A stretch of DNA of 64,000 nt. Source: a virus (taxonomy: Duplodnaviria > Caudoviricetes). This document shows, in pieces, positions 51,001-60,650 of this stretch. The notes below the pieces were generated by a model. That model saw nothing but the letters and a program-made list of their open reading frames with translations, was not told the origin of the DNA and ran no database searches. Numbering within the stretch: position 1 is the stretch's first letter; each line of letters opens with the position of its first letter. A program made the translations under genes and the position numbers. The stretch lies in the IMG/VR virus record IMGVR_UViG_3300020048_003360, positions 96,001 through 160,000 of that record. One strand, 5' to 3'.

Positions 51001-51031
51001 TAGGTGTGTCTATTGTATATGGACACACCTA
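51001..51031. terminator. Stem-loop after gp181-like gene
   Basis: TAGGTGTGTC / GACACACCTA followed by CTTTT. Confidence 0.6.
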
Positions 51032-51047
51032 CTTTTAAGGAATTACA

Positions 51048-53204
51048 ATGGCAGTTGCTTATGTTTTAAAAGATGCGGATTGGGTACGGCAAGCTTTTTT
51101 AGTAGCTAGTCGTCATCTAACTGATGATAACGCTAGACAAAGAACATTTAGTACAGTTAGTTATAAGTATACAGATACTACACCTGGTGGTAATTTGGCA
51201 ATTAACCCACCTCCACAATTTACACGTACTGCTGATATTCCAGTAAAAGGTGTATTTGCTGGTAGTAGTTCTGGTATGGGTAATATAACTGATGGTGGTA
51301 GTATGGGTAGGTACTATAGTGAAGCTATTGATGATAATGCCCAACTCATCTATATACGACTTGGAGTACCTCGCTTTAATTCATTAACTACTTTTTTTAC
51401 TGGCTTCTATGATAGTGGCGCTAGTCAGTTAGCACGTACTGGTAGAGTGGGTGGTGCTTTTTATAGACTAGGGCAAGCAATTGGGTTTGTAATCAGTATA
51501 ATTCATTGGAAAATAATAGCAATACATCTTACTGGATTAGCTTATAGATTTGCTACTGGTAGTCCATCTAGTAAGTTTTATTATCTAAAACCTACTATGC
51601 CGGTATACTGGACAGCTGTTACTACTATAGTAAATCAATTATCAGTAAATAGAGGTATAGTACCAAGACTAGGTGGTAAAGATCAAGAACGATTTGCTGG
51701 TGGATATGAGTTTGATGATAACGGCTTAAAACAACTTCATAATTTATTACCAGATATTTTCTCACGTGGTGGTGGTATAGATGTATACGCACTAGCTAAT
51801 AGGGCTCAACGTTTAGCTAGAAAAAGATATAAGGAAATGAAAACGCAACTAGATATGGTAGAGAGATTAAACCTAGCTGAAGCTGCTAGGGAGATAATGA
51901 CAAAACCATTAGCTGATGATACAAAAACATCATATAACGATTATATAGAGAAGTGGTTAAAGAACGATCAATCTAAACCCACTGCTGATCCACCGAGTCC
52001 AGCTGTCAATAGCAGTACCGGTACATTAGCTGAAGGTCAGGCTGCTGCTGCTGGTAATACCAATGCCGGTGAGATTAGAAATCCAGCTACTGGATATGCT
52101 GTAGAGAGTATTCCAGATACGGATCCAGATAGTAAAACTGGTTTTTGGGAATTCTTTACAGCTGAGTTAGACGACGGCTCAGCGTTTGCTACGTTTAGAG
52201 TAAACTCTACTGGATCCGTTAGTGAAAGTTTTAGTAATAGTGTAACAGAGTCGGAATTAGCACAGCAGATTAATAATGCATCTAGTAGTGCTCGTAGTAC
52301 TACGTTTGATTTTGCTGGCGGCAATATAGTAGGTGGTGTTATAGGTGATGTACTTGGTGGTGTATTTGGCGCTGTAAAGAACGTTATTGCCGGTGCAGCT
52401 GATGGTTTAGGTATTAGTGGTTTAGCGGCATTAGCTGGTACTGCATTCGTAGATATACCTAAACACTGGCAGAGTTCATCTGCATCGTTACCTAGATCTA
52501 CATACACTATTAATTTAGTGAGTCCATATGGTAACCCAATATCTCAAATGTTAAATTTAGATATACCGCTAGCTATGTTACTGGCTGCCGCGCTACCATT
52601 AGCAACTGGTAAACAGTCCTATACTAGTCCATTTATTTTAGAACTCTATGATAGAGGTCGATGCCAGACTCGTTTGGGTATGATTGATTCATTATCAATT
52701 ACTAGAGGTACTAGTAATTTAGGTTTTAATAATGACGGACATGCATTGGCTATTGATGTGAGTTTTTCAATAGTGGATATGTCATCAGTGTTAACTATGC
52801 CAATTAGACAGAACTTTAATGGTATATTTAATAAAGCCGCAGTAGGTGTAGCTACAGTAGCTGGTGCGGCTGGGTTACAAGTGAGTTCAGATTCATTTGG
52901 ACCTAGTGATGGTAAAATCGCTCTAGCATTGGCTGGTGCATTTGGTGCTGCAATAGGCACTGGTATGTTTGATGATGATACTGTTTTTACTGACTATATG
53001 AACGTTTTAGCTGGTATGAATTTACAGGATCAGATTTATACATGGCGTAAATTTAAACTCAATGCAACAAGAGCTATGAAGACCTGGGAGAGTTTTAATA
53101 GTCCCGCTAACTGGGCTGGTATGTTAGGTGATATACCTCCAGCTAGACTATGGTCTGGATTACATAAAGGAATTGGTACTGGCACAATTAGTGGTAATAA
53201 CTAA
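51048..53204 (+). CDS. Virion structural protein (gp182-like, tail tip/baseplate)
   Basis: 718 aa after gp181; LAINPPPQFTR, SPYGNP and GMIDSLSITRG motifs. Confidence 0.7.
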   Translation: MAVAYVLKDADWVRQAFLVASRHLTDDNARQRTFSTVSYKYTDTTPGGNLAINPPPQFTRTADIPVKGVFAGSSSGMGNITDGGSMGRYYSEAIDDNAQLIYIRLGVPRFNSLTTFFTGFYDSGASQLARTGRVGGAFYRLGQAIGFVISIIHWKIIAIHLTGLAYRFATGSPSSKFYYLKPTMPVYWTAVTTIVNQLSVNRGIVPRLGGKDQERFAGGYEFDDNGLKQLHNLLPDIFSRGGGIDVYALANRAQRLARKRYKEMKTQLDMVERLNLAEAAREIMTKPLADDTKTSYNDYIEKWLKNDQSKPTADPPSPAVNSSTGTLAEGQAAAAGNTNAGEIRNPATGYAVESIPDTDPDSKTGFWEFFTAELDDGSAFATFRVNSTGSVSESFSNSVTESELAQQINNASSSARSTTFDFAGGNIVGGVIGDVLGGVFGAVKNVIAGAADGLGISGLAALAGTAFVDIPKHWQSSSASLPRSTYTINLVSPYGNPISQMLNLDIPLAMLLAAALPLATGKQSYTSPFILELYDRGRCQTRLGMIDSLSITRGTSNLGFNNDGHALAIDVSFSIVDMSSVLTMPIRQNFNGIFNKAAVGVATVAGAAGLQVSSDSFGPSDGKIALALAGAFGAAIGTGMFDDDTVFTDYMNVLAGMNLQDQIYTWRKFKLNATRAMKTWESFNSPANWAGMLGDIPPARLWSGLHKGIGTGTISGNN

Positions 53205-53206
53205 AA

Positions 53207-53260
53207 CAGCATATATCCCATACATATTCTCAATTAGGGAATATGTATGGGTATATGCTG
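53207..53260. terminator. Bidirectional terminator-like hairpin
   Basis: CAGCATATATCCCATACATATTC / GAATATGTATGGGTATATGCTG. Confidence 0.75.
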
Positions 53261-55024
53261 TTAATCATAGTCATAGTGGTGCGTTATTAGTGAGCCGTCG
53301 CTAAGTATTCTTTTTTCTACTGTTTGTGTAGAAATAATTACTCCATTATTATAATACGGAGAATCGTAGTGCTTATAGGTTTGGTCACTAGTACGTACCC
53401 AATCTCTAGTCATGTCTGGCTTAATGTTAGAGTAAGTATCTGTATGTGTTGTTACCTTTGCGGTATCGTACTCTAATTTTGCCTGCACAAATGCATCCGT
53501 TGGAGTCACTACTGTAGTTGTTTTAGGAACACTAACCAATGATCCATTATGAACTATAATATTTTCCTTAGCATTATTAGTTGTTTTGGCCTGTCCTTTA
53601 AATAACGATACTGGATCGCTAAGTGTTTTATTAAGTCCACTTAATCTATCACCAACTTCTAGTATTGTTTTAGGAAAATTACTAAAAATAGATTTTTCTA
53701 CAGTAACTGGTTCTGAAAAAGATTTTGCAAATAAAAGATCTTGATTAGGTACACTATCTGTAGACAATGCTACAATACTATTGGTAAAGACACTACTAGT
53801 TGGCGCTGGAGTTAATATACTATCTAAACTAATACCTTCACCAACTACATTAGTAAAATCACTACTAGCACCAATTGCATTAGATAAATCACCCACTTTA
53901 CCATTACCAACCGTATCTGTAGATAACCAATTACTATCTATGGTATTAAACCCACTCATCATATCTACATATGAGTCCTTACCTGTCATAGTTACGCCAG
54001 GTGCTGACTTACTAAAGTTTTTAGCAAAATCTTTAATTATAGTAGGTCCAGATTTCTTTAATAATCCTTTAGCGGTTGATAATGCCATTGCTTTTAATGA
54101 TTTTAAATCACTAAATTTACTAATAGATTTAGCTAAATCTTTAGCTACTTTACTAACAGTAAAGATGTCATTTAATCCACATATTAGCGAACTAAATATT
54201 CCACCCATACCTAAACCAGCGGCTATTTTACCTACATTCGACAATGCAGCTGCTTTTGTCTTTCTATCATCAGTACCAAATGGTGTTGTAGTACAACCAT
54301 TACTTTTAGCTAATGAGTTTATAATGTCGCCCATTGCTAAACTACAATTTAGATCTTTATTTTTTATTCTATATCTACCACCACCATTTGTTCCGTATTT
54401 ACGTGAATTTAATAAATCTCTATTAATACCACGTATTAATGAATTACCAGCACCATCACAATTTTTAGATACTCTATTTATACTGGGAAATAATGTAGGA
54501 AATGTTTTATCCAACATAGCTGTTGGATTAGATAAATCCTTTACTTTTATTTTTTTACTAGCATTGATTAATTTGTCAGTTAAACTACTTTCACTAGCCT
54601 TACTACCCTTTAATGCAGCAACTGGTTTACTTACGTCAGTAGCCAATATATTATTAATTGTTTTACCAGTATCTGCAAGACTATATATATCAGCCGCAGC
54701 AAATGTATCATTAGGTCCAGAACTAAATGTAGGTATAGCTAAACTAGAAGACGCCTTACTTAATTCAGCTACTGAACTAGCTAAAGATATATTCATTCCA
54801 TCAGTAAGTGATATAGGCGGAGTAACGCTTAAGTTAGCAGCCACAGCACTTGAGGCCGCGCTACCCGCTTTATTTAAATCTTTTGTTATTGTTAGTATAT
54901 TGGATTCTTCAAAAGCGTCTGAAACAGCAGTAGTGGTAGCAGCATTATTTTTCGTAAGTGCTGTTTTTGCTTTTTTTGCTGACTTTAATAAAGATAAGCC
55001 CATTTCATATATACTATCGGCCAT
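53261..55024 (-). CDS. Hypothetical Ser/Thr/Ala/Lys-rich protein, probably virion-associated
   Basis: 587-aa ORF with AAGGA RBS; low-complexity N-terminus. Confidence 0.65.
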   Translation of the reverse strand: MADSIYEMGLSLLKSAKKAKTALTKNNAATTTAVSDAFEESNILTITKDLNKAGSAASSAVAANLSVTPPISLTDGMNISLASSVAELSKASSSLAIPTFSSGPNDTFAAADIYSLADTGKTINNILATDVSKPVAALKGSKASESSLTDKLINASKKIKVKDLSNPTAMLDKTFPTLFPSINRVSKNCDGAGNSLIRGINRDLLNSRKYGTNGGGRYRIKNKDLNCSLAMGDIINSLAKSNGCTTTPFGTDDRKTKAAALSNVGKIAAGLGMGGIFSSLICGLNDIFTVSKVAKDLAKSISKFSDLKSLKAMALSTAKGLLKKSGPTIIKDFAKNFSKSAPGVTMTGKDSYVDMMSGFNTIDSNWLSTDTVGNGKVGDLSNAIGASSDFTNVVGEGISLDSILTPAPTSSVFTNSIVALSTDSVPNQDLLFAKSFSEPVTVEKSIFSNFPKTILEVGDRLSGLNKTLSDPVSLFKGQAKTTNNAKENIIVHNGSLVSVPKTTTVVTPTDAFVQAKLEYDTAKVTTHTDTYSNIKPDMTRDWVRTSDQTYKHYDSPYYNNGVIISTQTVEKRILSDGSLITHHYDYD

Positions 55025-55076
55025 TTTAGTTCCTTAATAACAAAAAAAATAAGGGAGAAACAACCTCCCTTACTTC

Positions 55077-55646
55077 TTATACTTTAAAAATTTCTTTATA
55101 ATCCAGGTAATCTGGTCGTTCACCTATTTTCATTAGGACACGATTTTCTTCAAATGACTCTACTAGCCATTTATAGTTATTTAACTTAACCACTACCTCA
55201 CCTTGTCCTTCAGCATCACCAGTGGCCTGATGTAACCAATACTGATCAAAAGGTAATGTAGTTTCTATAAACAATTTTTGCAGTTTTGGATTCTGCTCAA
55301 TCTTGTAGAAATTAGCAGCTGCTATTACATCATGAAATTTATCTACACGACACCATGTAAGTGATTTACCATAGTTTTTAGCGGCCATGCCAGATAGAGA
55401 ACGTAATTTATCGTCACGTTCTATATTCTGTATGAAATGCCAAAAACCTTCCATACTGTTAAATGATCCAAAGTATGGATGTTTAAATGGTAATTCGTAA
55501 AAATGAGATAACATCTGCCCTAATTCAGTCTTACCACGTATCCAAATATTGATGTGTGTGACTCCATCTTGATTAGGATCTATATCACTAACTAATGTAT
55601 GTCGCTCACGTGGACGATCTATGGAATATTGAGTACCCGCTAACAT
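55077..55646 (-). CDS. NADAR-like protein (T4 gp30.3-type)
   Basis: DGVTHINIW-x2-GKTELGQMLSHF...FNSMEGFWH...KIEQNPKL. Confidence 0.7.
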   Translation of the reverse strand: MLAGTQYSIDRPRERHTLVSDIDPNQDGVTHINIWIRGKTELGQMLSHFYELPFKHPYFGSFNSMEGFWHFIQNIERDDKLRSLSGMAAKNYGKSLTWCRVDKFHDVIAAANFYKIEQNPKLQKLFIETTLPFDQYWLHQATGDAEGQGEVVVKLNNYKWLVESFEENRVLMKIGERPDYLDYKEIFKV

Positions 55647-55657
55647 TTTATTACTCC

Positions 55658-56116
55658 TTACTCATTATCTAGATATTCAATAGATTGAACTTCTTCTAAT
55701 GATTCTGATTGATCTAGTTGTTTAGTAAATAGATGACCAGTATGTCGACCACCTAAGTTAATTTTTGCTTTATGTTCAGTAACTTTTGTATTTGCGTGGT
55801 ATGCAGTTAGCGTAATCTCTACTTTTAAAATATTAAGAAAGCGTAAGGCTTTCATAAATACTTTCCACGTCATTTGTGGTTTAGCTAACTCCTTCGTTAA
55901 GTTACTTCTATAGGAAATCTGATCTTTCTTATTATTTGGTATGCCATTCAAAGGATTAGTTACATGATCTTGTAGTATAATCCCAAAACGTTCTGGACCT
56001 ATACCTAAATCCAATAATATCTGTCTCCAGAGTCTAGAAAGAACTCCGTTTCCTCCGAATGTTTTTGTTACCTGCTTATCCGGTGAGTTTAATATTTCGT
56101 GCATACTCGATTGCAT
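55658..56116 (-). CDS. Conserved phiKZ-like hypothetical protein
   Basis: GVLSRLWRQIL...NLTKELAKPQMTWKVFMKAL. Confidence 0.7.
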   Translation of the reverse strand: MQSSMHEILNSPDKQVTKTFGGNGVLSRLWRQILLDLGIGPERFGIILQDHVTNPLNGIPNNKKDQISYRSNLTKELAKPQMTWKVFMKALRFLNILKVEITLTAYHANTKVTEHKAKINLGGRHTGHLFTKQLDQSESLEEVQSIEYLDNE

Positions 56117-56157
56117 TTTGATACTCCTTATTTAAAAACTTAATTAACTACACATTT

Positions 56158-56703
56158 TTAGTGAACAATATCAATTTCATTCCCATGTATTGAAAAGAAT
56201 TCCTTATAGATATAATCACTAACCCACACAGTACTATCGTACTCACTATCTAATTTTTTCAAATACTCATGAAATTTAGATACTTCGGTAAAATCATCTG
56301 TCTTACTCGCTATAAAGTCAGATAAGTCAGAAAATGCTAACCAGAGTTTGTTATTACGACGTACCTCTAACTGTACGTAATTATTTTCTTTTATAGATAT
56401 CACTCTATAAAATAAATCATTATTACCATCTATAGTAAATAGACTAGATCCTAATCTACTTAAAATTTCATCGGCATCTAATTCTATTTCAGTAGTTTTT
56501 ATTTTGTTTTTAGCTAGTAATTTTAGAGTGAGATTCAGAGTATCCACACCCATATTTATATCTTTCAAGTCTATTAGTAATCTCATACCGCTCACACCTA
56601 AATCATAATAGTCCAATATAGCTCTTCTTAGTGCAGTGGGTCCAATTTTTAGTTTTTCCAAAACACTTAAATATAACGCATAATACATAGTGGTTTCTAA
56701 CAT
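56158..56703 (-). CDS. Hypothetical protein
   Basis: 181-aa ORF, AAGGA RBS. Confidence 0.7.
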   Translation of the reverse strand: MLETTMYYALYLSVLEKLKIGPTALRRAILDYYDLGVSGMRLLIDLKDINMGVDTLNLTLKLLAKNKIKTTEIELDADEILSRLGSSLFTIDGNNDLFYRVISIKENNYVQLEVRRNNKLWLAFSDLSDFIASKTDDFTEVSKFHEYLKKLDSEYDSTVWVSDYIYKEFFSIHGNEIDIVH

Positions 56704-56717
56704 TTTAGTTCCTTTAT

Positions 56718-57254
56718 TTAGATACTTACTTTGACTATTTCGTTTGATAAATTATAAAGATTAGTGATTAACTTCGTTAAAATCCTTTTGTTATGTTCCG
56801 CTAATCCAACTTCAGCACTATCACAACCCTCTAGCAATTTACAGAGCCTTAATGTCTTTTCCCTATAATTAAACACAAGATACTCCACATCAGTATAAAA
56901 GCCATCGACAGTGAGAATTTGATTTAGTGGCAGAATTTTATATTCCTCACCAACTAATTTAGCTGGTACTATCTCACCATTATGAATTACTTTAATTATG
57001 AAGTCTAACTTATTAACACATTCATTTAGATCCTTAAAATTAGTTAATATTTCCACTGGCATTACTGAACCAGAGCTAATATTACGAAACCATACTGGAT
57101 ATATTAATGTAGTTATTTCTTCACACTGTTTTCTGTTAAATGCATATGGATCTAAACGAATTTTATTATATTTCCATAATTTATATCTTATTAATAATTT
57201 CTGAAATACCTTAATGAAAAACATTACATTTCCTTTTACAGGATTACTGGACAC
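56718..57254 (-). CDS. Hypothetical early protein
   Basis: 178-aa ORF immediately after the promoter at 57256; true start may be a downstream Met. Confidence 0.7.
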   Translation of the reverse strand: MSSNPVKGNVMFFIKVFQKLLIRYKLWKYNKIRLDPYAFNRKQCEEITTLIYPVWFRNISSGSVMPVEILTNFKDLNECVNKLDFIIKVIHNGEIVPAKLVGEEYKILPLNQILTVDGFYTDVEYLVFNYREKTLRLCKLLEGCDSAEVGLAEHNKRILTKLITNLYNLSNEIVKVSI

Positions 57255-57255
57255 T

Positions 57256-57276
57256 CATATAGGTAATATATTGCCA
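57256..57276 (-). promoter_or_regulatory. Early-type promoter
   Basis: TGGCAATATATTACCTATATG, exact copy. Confidence 0.75.
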
Positions 57277-57335
57277 TAAATTCTTTGAATAGCTTACTAT
57301 ATCATGTGATCTATATTATATCAATGGAGTTTAAT

Positions 57336-57749
57336 ATGTCCAATAGCGTCAATGATGATGGAGAAGAAATTCTCTCATACGTACATGAAAAAAGAACACA
57401 AGTAATAAGTCATTTAATGGCAAAGGGTGTACCTAACGATCTAGATACTGTAAAAGTACTTTTAACAGCACTAAAAGATATGGATGGCCAAACTCTCAGT
57501 AAGAAGAGAATTAAACTTGAAGAAAAAGTTAATGATAATCAAGCCCAAGCTGCAGCACTCATAGCTAAGATATTAGGAACAACTGGCAGGACAAACAATA
57601 CTGATGATTTTATTGATGCCGATGTCATCATCCCATCATTACCTGATTCCATTCCTTCACCAGTTTTAGTACCTGGTGAAATTGACTTGATACAAAAAAC
57701 TTTAACGTATGAAGAATTTATTAATAAATTCATAAGTTCAGATGATTGA
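57336..57749 (+). CDS. Conserved hypothetical helical protein
   Basis: Start MSNSV after GGAG; LLTALKDMD-x4-SKKRIK motif. Confidence 0.65.
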   Translation: MSNSVNDDGEEILSYVHEKRTQVISHLMAKGVPNDLDTVKVLLTALKDMDGQTLSKKRIKLEEKVNDNQAQAAALIAKILGTTGRTNNTDDFIDADVIIPSLPDSIPSPVLVPGEIDLIQKTLTYEEFINKFISSDD

Positions 57750-57751
57750 TT

Positions 57752-57796
57752 CTAACGCTACTAAATCCTGATTTATTTAGGATTTAGTAGCGTTAG
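57752..57796. terminator. Bidirectional terminator-like hairpin
   Basis: CTAACGCTACTAAATCCT / AGGATTTAGTAGCGTTAG, 18-bp stem. Confidence 0.75.
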
Positions 57797-58503
57797 AGTT
57801 TTTCATTTATTATGCTGTAAAAACTTATATCAATTATCTCTAGTGTTATAATACCCATAGCTAATGTTTTTAATGCCTTCATTGGATGTACTGACTCCTT
57901 TATCATTTTTTCTAATTCATTAGGAGTTGGTTTCTTTACAAAGTATATTGCTGGTATAAATAATGTAATTTCTGGTATTTGAGTGACTAGGAATAATTCA
58001 GCATTAACCTCTAACCATTCTTCATAGTTGTACATTATCATAACTGTAAAATTATTCTTACAGTAAATTGGTGTTAATTCCCTAGGTGATATACTAACAA
58101 ATTCAATTTTTACCGTATCTGGTAAATGAGTAAGTATAGCTGCTCCTACGGCAGTTCTTTCCTCACCATTTAATTCATAGGGATATAAATTAACAACAAT
58201 ATTTATTTTTTTCTGTACTGGTGTGGTCTCAGACTGTTCTTGTAACTTAAGCACCATAGTTCTTAACAACGACATCATATTGGTAAGAATTGAGTTAGCT
58301 AAGGTTTCTACATTTCTATTCTTATAAAGTTCTCGATATGTCTCCATATCAACACCACTAAACTCATCAATATCGCGCGTATGGTATTCACCATCTAATA
58401 AAAGCTTATTTACTACATTTGTATCTATTCGTGCTATTGTACCTAGTCTGGTATCTAATAGTGAATCCATACTAACTAAAATTGTAGTTTTTTCATCAGA
58501 CAT
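57793..58503 (-). CDS. Conserved phiKZ-like hypothetical protein
   Basis: Likely start MSDEK; LVSMDSLLDTRLGT motif. Confidence 0.65.
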   Translation of the reverse strand: MSDEKTTILVSMDSLLDTRLGTIARIDTNVVNKLLLDGEYHTRDIDEFSGVDMETYRELYKNRNVETLANSILTNMMSLLRTMVLKLQEQSETTPVQKKINIVVNLYPYELNGEERTAVGAAILTHLPDTVKIEFVSISPRELTPIYCKNNFTVMIMYNYEEWLEVNAELFLVTQIPEITLFIPAIYFVKKPTPNELEKMIKESVHPMKALKTLAMGIITLEIIDISFYSIINEKL

Positions 58504-58504
58504 T

Positions 58505-59011
58505 TTATTCTTTATTAAGTGGTGTTGATAAAGACATAGCGCGTTTATCAATAATATCTAACGTAACAAATAACTGTAGCAATAATAAAATCACTAACCA
58601 ACTGTTACTTCTTAGCAGCGCTTTAGTATTTGTAACACTAGCTAAACCACTAAGGATGTCATTGGGCATTAGATTACTATTAGCACCTACCGAATACAGG
58701 CCAGCACCATTAGCTATGTTATCCGCCAATCTACCATATGCGTCCTCATCTTTACCCCATCTACTAAAAAATGTAAAATGTAATGTAAAAATAAAATCAC
58801 GATATTCTTCATTTATGAAAACTAACTCAATAGCTCTCTTAATACCAGCACTAGTAACCAGCATATATGGCTTTTCTTGTAGAATAATACCAGCAATAAA
58901 TGTAGTGACTACTCCCTTAGACTCTGGCAATAAATTTGATAAAACGTGTTTTACAGATTCTTGAAATATAATTGCGACATCTACCATGTCTACTGGTTCA
59001 ATATTAGTCAT
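58505..59011 (-). CDS. Hypothetical protein
   Basis: 168 aa; FFSRWG motif; hydrophobic C-terminal helix. Confidence 0.65.
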   Translation of the reverse strand: MTNIEPVDMVDVAIIFQESVKHVLSNLLPESKGVVTTFIAGIILQEKPYMLVTSAGIKRAIELVFINEEYRDFIFTLHFTFFSRWGKDEDAYGRLADNIANGAGLYSVGANSNLMPNDILSGLASVTNTKALLRSNSWLVILLLLQLFVTLDIIDKRAMSLSTPLNKE

Positions 59012-59033
59012 CTTATTCTCAATTTAATATATG

Positions 59034-59723
59034 CTATAAAGTATTTTGTAAATGAGCACTCTGTAATAGTACTTTCAATGTCTGAGTACTCTCTACACCA
59101 CCAGCTAGATGTTCCACACCACTAATACTAAAACCACCAGTATGTGATATGTGTTGATTGGACGCATTAAAAGCCTTTGAGTCACCACCTCTAATTTTCA
59201 TTAGTTCAGTTAGAGTATCTTCTAAATTCAATGATGCCAAAATTTGTACTTCAGGATAAGATATTTTACTACCTTTTGATTTTCCTGTAGGTTGACCAGT
59301 CATATCGTCTACTGACTTATTATCTTCTGGAATAGATATCTTCTTAACTAATAATTGAGCTTGTCTACGTAATGGTAGATCTACAATTAAGTATGGTATT
59401 GGTGTTAAGTACGCTGGACTATCACTATCAGAATCTTTCATCCAGATACGTTCAAAGAAGTTATGTCCTAATTCTTTAGCTAATTCTAAATTTCTCTCTA
59501 CAGATAATTTATCTTCACTTAAATTAGGTGCTATTAATGCTAATTTAATATCACCATTCTTTAGAGACAACATAAAATCATTAAACTGTTTGTCAGACAT
59601 ACTGGCAAATAAAGTTTTATATATTTCTTGATTAGCTGTAGTTTTATTTTCTGAATTTGGTAATAATGCACCTATATACTTCAATATATAGGCTTCAGTT
59701 ATTTTTCTCTTATCGTTAGCCAT
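59034..59723 (-). CDS. Virion RNAP beta C-terminal subunit (phiKZ gp149-like)
   Basis: RRQAQLLVKK...TGQPTGKSKGSKISYPEVQIL...ELMKIRGGD aligns with the RpoB C-terminal [21 protein letters not shown]...EMLTVKSDD. Confidence 0.85.
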   Translation of the reverse strand: MANDKRKITEAYILKYIGALLPNSENKTTANQEIYKTLFASMSDKQFNDFMLSLKNGDIKLALIAPNLSEDKLSVERNLELAKELGHNFFERIWMKDSDSDSPAYLTPIPYLIVDLPLRRQAQLLVKKISIPEDNKSVDDMTGQPTGKSKGSKISYPEVQILASLNLEDTLTELMKIRGGDSKAFNASNQHISHTGGFSISGVEHLAGGVESTQTLKVLLQSAHLQNTL

Positions 59724-59776
59724 ATCTATTCCTTTTTAAATATACCTATACTGAGCTGACCCACCCTCATCCATTA

Positions 59777-60016
59777 TTACTCTGGATTCACTTTAGTAAA
59801 AATACGTCCTTTTTTACCTTCATTAGAAGTTATTAATTTCCACTGTCTCATTTTTGCAGTTTGTGTATTAACTTTAGTAATAGATATTTTCCATACTTCA
59901 GCTGCTTGAGTAGGTGTAAATTGATCAGGAAGTAAAGACAGACGATATTGTCGTATAGCATCAGCATCTTTAAATGACTTAAGGTTACATTTAGCATAAT
60001 GGGCCTTTATTGTCAT
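59777..60016 (-). CDS. Small winged-helix DNA-binding protein
   Basis: FTPTQAAEVWKISITKVNTQTAKMRQWKLI helix-turn-helix pattern. Confidence 0.6.
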   Translation of the reverse strand: MTIKAHYAKCNLKSFKDADAIRQYRLSLLPDQFTPTQAAEVWKISITKVNTQTAKMRQWKLITSNEGKKGRIFTKVNPE

Positions 60017-60025
60017 AATTTTATC

Positions 60026-60205
60026 CTACTGCAAGATAGTAACTTGATTCATCGCATACGCATTATCTACATCTCTATCATCAACCTTTTCTATTACTAT
60101 TAAATTAGGTGTATTTGTACCCAATATATTAGTGAGCATTGCTGGTAATAGTTTTTTCAAATGACAGTAATAATGATTACCATCCTGTAGTTTAATAATA
60201 CGCAT
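60026..60205 (-). CDS. Small hypothetical protein (59 aa)
   Basis: Hand-translated MRIIKLQDGNHYYCHL...VTILQ, with AAGGA RBS. Confidence 0.5.
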   Translation of the reverse strand: MRIIKLQDGNHYYCHLKKLLPAMLTNILGTNTPNLIVIEKVDDRDVDNAYAMNQVTILQ

Positions 60206-60247
60206 AATTTATTCCTTACTTATTAAATAAATAAAAAAAAAATAAAT

Positions 60248-60283
60248 TACCCTATCAGTCATATTATTTTGACTGATAGGGTA
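60248..60283 (-). terminator. Terminator closing the tRNA-region transcript
   Basis: 14-bp stem TACCCTATCAGTCA / TGACTGATAGGGTA, followed by a T-tract on the minus strand. Confidence 0.75.
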
Positions 60284-60611
60284 GTTAAGTAATGGGTGGG
60301 GTGTGATACGTTAGATTTTAATCATACCATAGCGACCGCATCAAAAGTTTCCAAAGCTTTATTGGAAGAACACCCCATTGATAATTTACATCCCATAGAA
60401 CACTACACAAAATATATTGCATAATGCTCTACAGGTTGCACACTAGTAGTTATGGGAGTACTAACGCCATAAAACTAATGACAGCTTGCAGTTATATTAA
60501 GAATCACTTAATATAACTACCGTACGGTTATGAAGAGTGATTAGTTCTTCTACATTCACCGTAAGTTAATCCTCACATTATCCCATAAAGTACGTATGGA
60601 ATGTTTGGAAT

Positions 60612-60648
60612 TGGTGGGCCCGCCCGGACTCGAACCGGGGACCAAATT
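60612..60648 (-). pseudogene. 3' half of a tRNA (Ile2/Lys-like), 5' half absent
   Basis: TTGGTC CCCGG TTCGAGT CCGGG CGGGCCC A CCA; no complementary GGGCCCG strand or D arm upstream. Confidence 0.75.
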
Positions 60649-60650
60649 AT

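Noticed and set aside
53781-55037. 418-aa plus-strand ORF
   Set aside because: Antisense shadow of the 587-aa minus-strand gene, whose codon bias leaves the opposite frame open; no recognisable motif or RBS.
57793-58503. HAD phosphatase call from LVSMDSLLD
   Set aside because: The first catalytic Asp of DxD is absent and other HAD motifs were not identifiable; left as hypothetical.
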